DNA of 61,360 nucleotides, counting the filler, from Sphacelaria rigidula (Eukaryota): the NCBI GenBank assembly GCA_964200075.2. It is 3 parts of 3 records of this genome, joined end to end, with 100 filler letters (N's around TTAATTAATTAA, not from the genome) between each part and the next. Parts side by side here need not be neighbours in the genome. Positions count along the whole stretch, not along the records: positions 40,980 to 61,360 come from CAXNAA020000536.1; 2 more parts are not named here. One strand, written 5' to 3'. A model generated the notes under the pieces. The model was not told the origin of the DNA. It saw only the letters and a program-made list of their open reading frames with translations, and searched no databases. This document shows, piece after piece, positions 57,872-61,360 of the stretch; the stretch's first letter is position 1, and each line of letters opens with the position of its first letter. Position numbers and translations under genes: made by a program.

Positions 57872-60800
57872 AGCTGCCGGCGTCTCGAATGGTTTTCTAG
57901 CGCTGCGTTTGTCGCGAGGGTGTAGACCCCGTGTCATTGGACATGGGTCTCCGTTGAAACTTGGCATTGGTTAAAAAAAACGGAATTATTTTTCCTCAAA
58001 AGAGATGCGATCAGAAACTTCACGTGCGATGGAGGTACGACATGACAACAGGGCCCGCCTCGGATTTTACTCCACGTGCGGTCATGGACGGAGTGCAGAC
58101 TGCGGAGCAACTTTCGGCCTCGTGTCGGTCGCTTCACCAACTGTTGATGACATATATCACCATCACACATACACCCCGTTATCTCTTCATGAAGGAGAAG
58201 TCATACGAACACCTCGCGCTATTTAACAAGACGACCATGTGAATGCGACCTTTCTCCGTATGGACTAACCGTCTCGAGAGGGATGCGTGGTAAACGGTTG
58301 AGGATGGAGGCGAGCAACAAATTCGGACGGTCCTCACCAGTATGGAGGACGTCATACATTTGATCTTGAGATTACCTACGTGTGCAAGCAAACCATTCGC
58401 GAAGTATTTTCATGAGTGTCAATACGGGCGCATCTTTTACGTGTTTTGGACGAGTGAGCCACGTTTACATCTGTCATCACAGCCAATCTCGTGCGAGGAA
58501 TGTCTCCTCCGTGAGTAGTGTATGCTGCTTGCCGCTCTCGAAGCAGTACGGGCACACCGAACATGAGCAGAGGTCGCACGCGGGAACACTGTCGTGTGCA
58601 GTCCGTCGGCTTGAAGACATTCGCCAAATGACGAGCTGTTCAAAATTGGTCTCCCATGGTCCTGGTCCTGTCTTGAACATGCTCATCGGTTACATGCGAA
58701 AAAGCGTTCACAAGTTCGGATAGGACGTGGGTGCTTTATTTCGTGTGTTGATCTACCATTCCACCTTCCTCGAGACAGACGGACGGTTTCGAAGGATGGA
58801 ATCATTCCTCCTCAGGTACAGGCTTCATATCTCGGCATCGCAGTTTGATCCGGCTCTCTCCTACCGCATCGACCGGTGTCAAAAGTTGGACAACTAGACT
58901 CACGCATCCCATCACTTATTCTTGCAATGGACACTCATCCTCACCACATGTGTACCGGGAACGAGATGATGGGCATCCAAGCTCAGCATGCTGACTATAC
59001 GCCAAGCCGGTCCATGGCGTGGCTCTACACTCGTTTTTTGGGTAGTGGAGGCAAGCTTTTTTTTTGGATATGAACTATCAGTCGGGTAGCACATCCGCAT
59101 TTGTCCCTGCCCGAAGATGTGATGAATACGACGGGATCACGGGGGGCAGACGACTGATTTATATTTCTATAAGATGTAGAGTTCTCACGCGCCGGAGGTT
59201 TGACTTGTCGAGTACGCTGCCCAGCGTGCTCTATAGTTCACGGCGTCACATATCGTGGCCGCCGAAGAGAAAGCATCGTGAAAGCAAGGGGCAGCACAAA
59301 CATGATGCAGGACACGGCGTCCCCTGCATTTTTGCCGAAGTGTTGGCGGATGCGGTCGGAAGCTGTATAGCGTGAGGATTTTCACGTATACCATGTTGTG
59401 GGTGTTGTCATCGCATTAGAAACCGGTCCGCTATCTGCACGGTACATTCGTGCTGGACTTGGGATGCGGACGCCTTCCGTGGCCACAGGCTAGCAGTAAC
59501 CAAAACAAAAAAATAAAGCAGACTTGAATTAGAACTCACAAAACGTGATACAATCATAGCAGAAATTCTGTTGAGGCCCCAGGCCCAAAAGTGTTCAACT
59601 GGACCGAAATTCAAATCGTATTGTGGTGAGCCAAGCTCTTGGAGGCTTTTTGGTTTTGAACTGAACCAGTTCTACTTTGAAAATATAAACGTATGTATCG
59701 GGGAATCGGGATAAAACATGATAAAATAATCTTTGTCCGGGTACGAAGAAGGTTTTTGTGGTGTTTCCAGGCTCAGTGAACATTATTCCAGCTACGGGGA
59801 ATAAGCACACTGACGTATTCAATGTTAGGATTTTAAAAGTAAGAAGAACTTGCGTTCCGGATCGGAAGGTCAGAGCAGACGGGGGATCTTGGAGAGTAGA
59901 TTCACAAAATAGAGTGTTTTTGAATCTATTTCTGGACTTCGTACAGCCCAAACTAGCTGTTTGAGTGTGTTCGACGACTGAAGAGTGGGTTCTTTCAGAG
60001 TTAACATCACAGGTTAGGTGGTCAAGTACGATTGTAGAGATGAAGAGACACAGAGGGGGAGACCGAAAGGTTTTTGGTCCTCGCCCCCGCGGCTCACTCC
60101 TGCTCTATCTGTGGTCTTTGGTTTCTGATTCGAAGGTCTGATTTTGGTTGATTTTGTAGTATAATTATAGTGAACGACATCGGGGCGTCACCAGTAATAT
60201 ACTCAAAGAAGACTCAAAAAGCATATTTTCTTATTCTGGCACACGAGTGCCTGTGTCTCTTGTGAACTGTCTGTGACCAAGACGGCTGACTTCCATAAAA
60301 ACAGTTGAACCTATATTTGGGAATAGAGTGAAAGCTTCTACCCTGACAGTATCCTTTCCTACCCTATTCGTCCGCTCTCACAACGAAGGCGAGACCCACA
60401 CGTTTTTTTCCGAATGAATTCGAAGCCGCTCTGCGCGAAAGAACCATCCCACCGCTCTTCCAACATCAATCGAGACGCCCTCAAGGAGTTTCAGCTCCAT
60501 TGGTGCTCATGGCGTTGTGTTTCGCTCATGTCTGTGAGTGGCCCCAACAACGGCCCAGCTCGACTCTTTTTGACCGGCGCTGATCTTGATTCAACTTCTC
60601 AGACTTGACTCTCCCAACTTCAAACGAGGCACTCTGGGGGCTGAAGGCACCACACGCAGCAACCGGCTCTCCGAATTACTCTCAACACCCTCGAGAAGGT
60701 TCGGCTTCATTGCTGATTTCTTCTTTGTCATTGTGCGTGCCGCCTCCGTCCGTGCCTGAGATTGGAGGGGGGTGTTGAAGTACGGGATCTGATTGATTCG

Positions 60801-61360
60801 AACTACTCCCCGCCTTTCTTGTGTCGACTGTCGACAAACGGTGGTAGTACGGGCGCTTGTGGCCGCAACGTCCGCGGGCGGCGGACGTATCTCGGCTTCC
60901 ACGGTAACACATGGAGACTGTACAGGTGCGAATTTGCACTGCTGAATTGTCTATGCTTGCAGAGCTGCGCTTCGCACGGGGTTCGACAAGCGGATAAGAA
61001 GTGTTGACGTCGTACTAACCCTGCCACCAGCAAACTCAACTCGGGTCGTCGCGTCGCGAACTTTTGCCCCGGGCAACAAGGATGGAGCGACCACAAAATC
61101 GGTTAGGTGAGCCTGGCTGTAGTCGAAAATCGCCAGGACTTCGCATGTACCATGATCATCGCTGTCTGTGTTGGTCTCTCTCCTGTCTTTTCTGCCTCGC
61201 CTCTTCTCAGTATACAGCCAAGAGTTCGTGTAATGTTTACTGAGAGTGCCTTCCCTCTGGTGCAAGGGGCCCTACAGACTGGAAAACGGTTTATAGTAGT
61301 CAGCGTCAGAAGTTTTCAGAATTCGTAGTCGTCCTTTTTTCTGAGTTTTTTTGGAGTACC

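Overview
This is eukaryotic, intron-rich genomic DNA, most likely from a brown alga or related stramenopile (inferred from gene architecture and the fused PFP). Three segments are joined by two artificial 100-bp N/TTAATTAATTAA/N spacers. Exons were assembled by hand, checking GT-AG boundaries and reading phase. The protein genes are: a complete 12-exon ATG1/ULK kinase (minus strand, 1682 aa, with a DDFVMV ATG8-binding motif); an unrecognised two-exon gene; a PPi-dependent phosphofructokinase fusing a catalytic beta-like half to a degenerate alpha-like half (23 exons seen, truncated by a gap); an HSPA13/STCH-like Hsp70 (5 exons seen, truncated by the same gap); and a complete 6-exon RPL11/uL5. 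There is also an intact tRNA-Phe(GAA). Introns carry many non-autonomous elements: four MITEs sharing a TA|CGAGCTGGGC terminus, a Tc1-like MITE, a piggyBac-like MITE, a subrepeat-rich TIR element, a ~460-bp foldback and two tRNA-derived SINE-like families. A decayed GIY-YIG-like frame lies at the left end. I found no clearly new multi-gene system. The best leads are the orphan gene head-to-head with PFP, the intron-phase asymmetry across the PFP fusion, and the MITE family.
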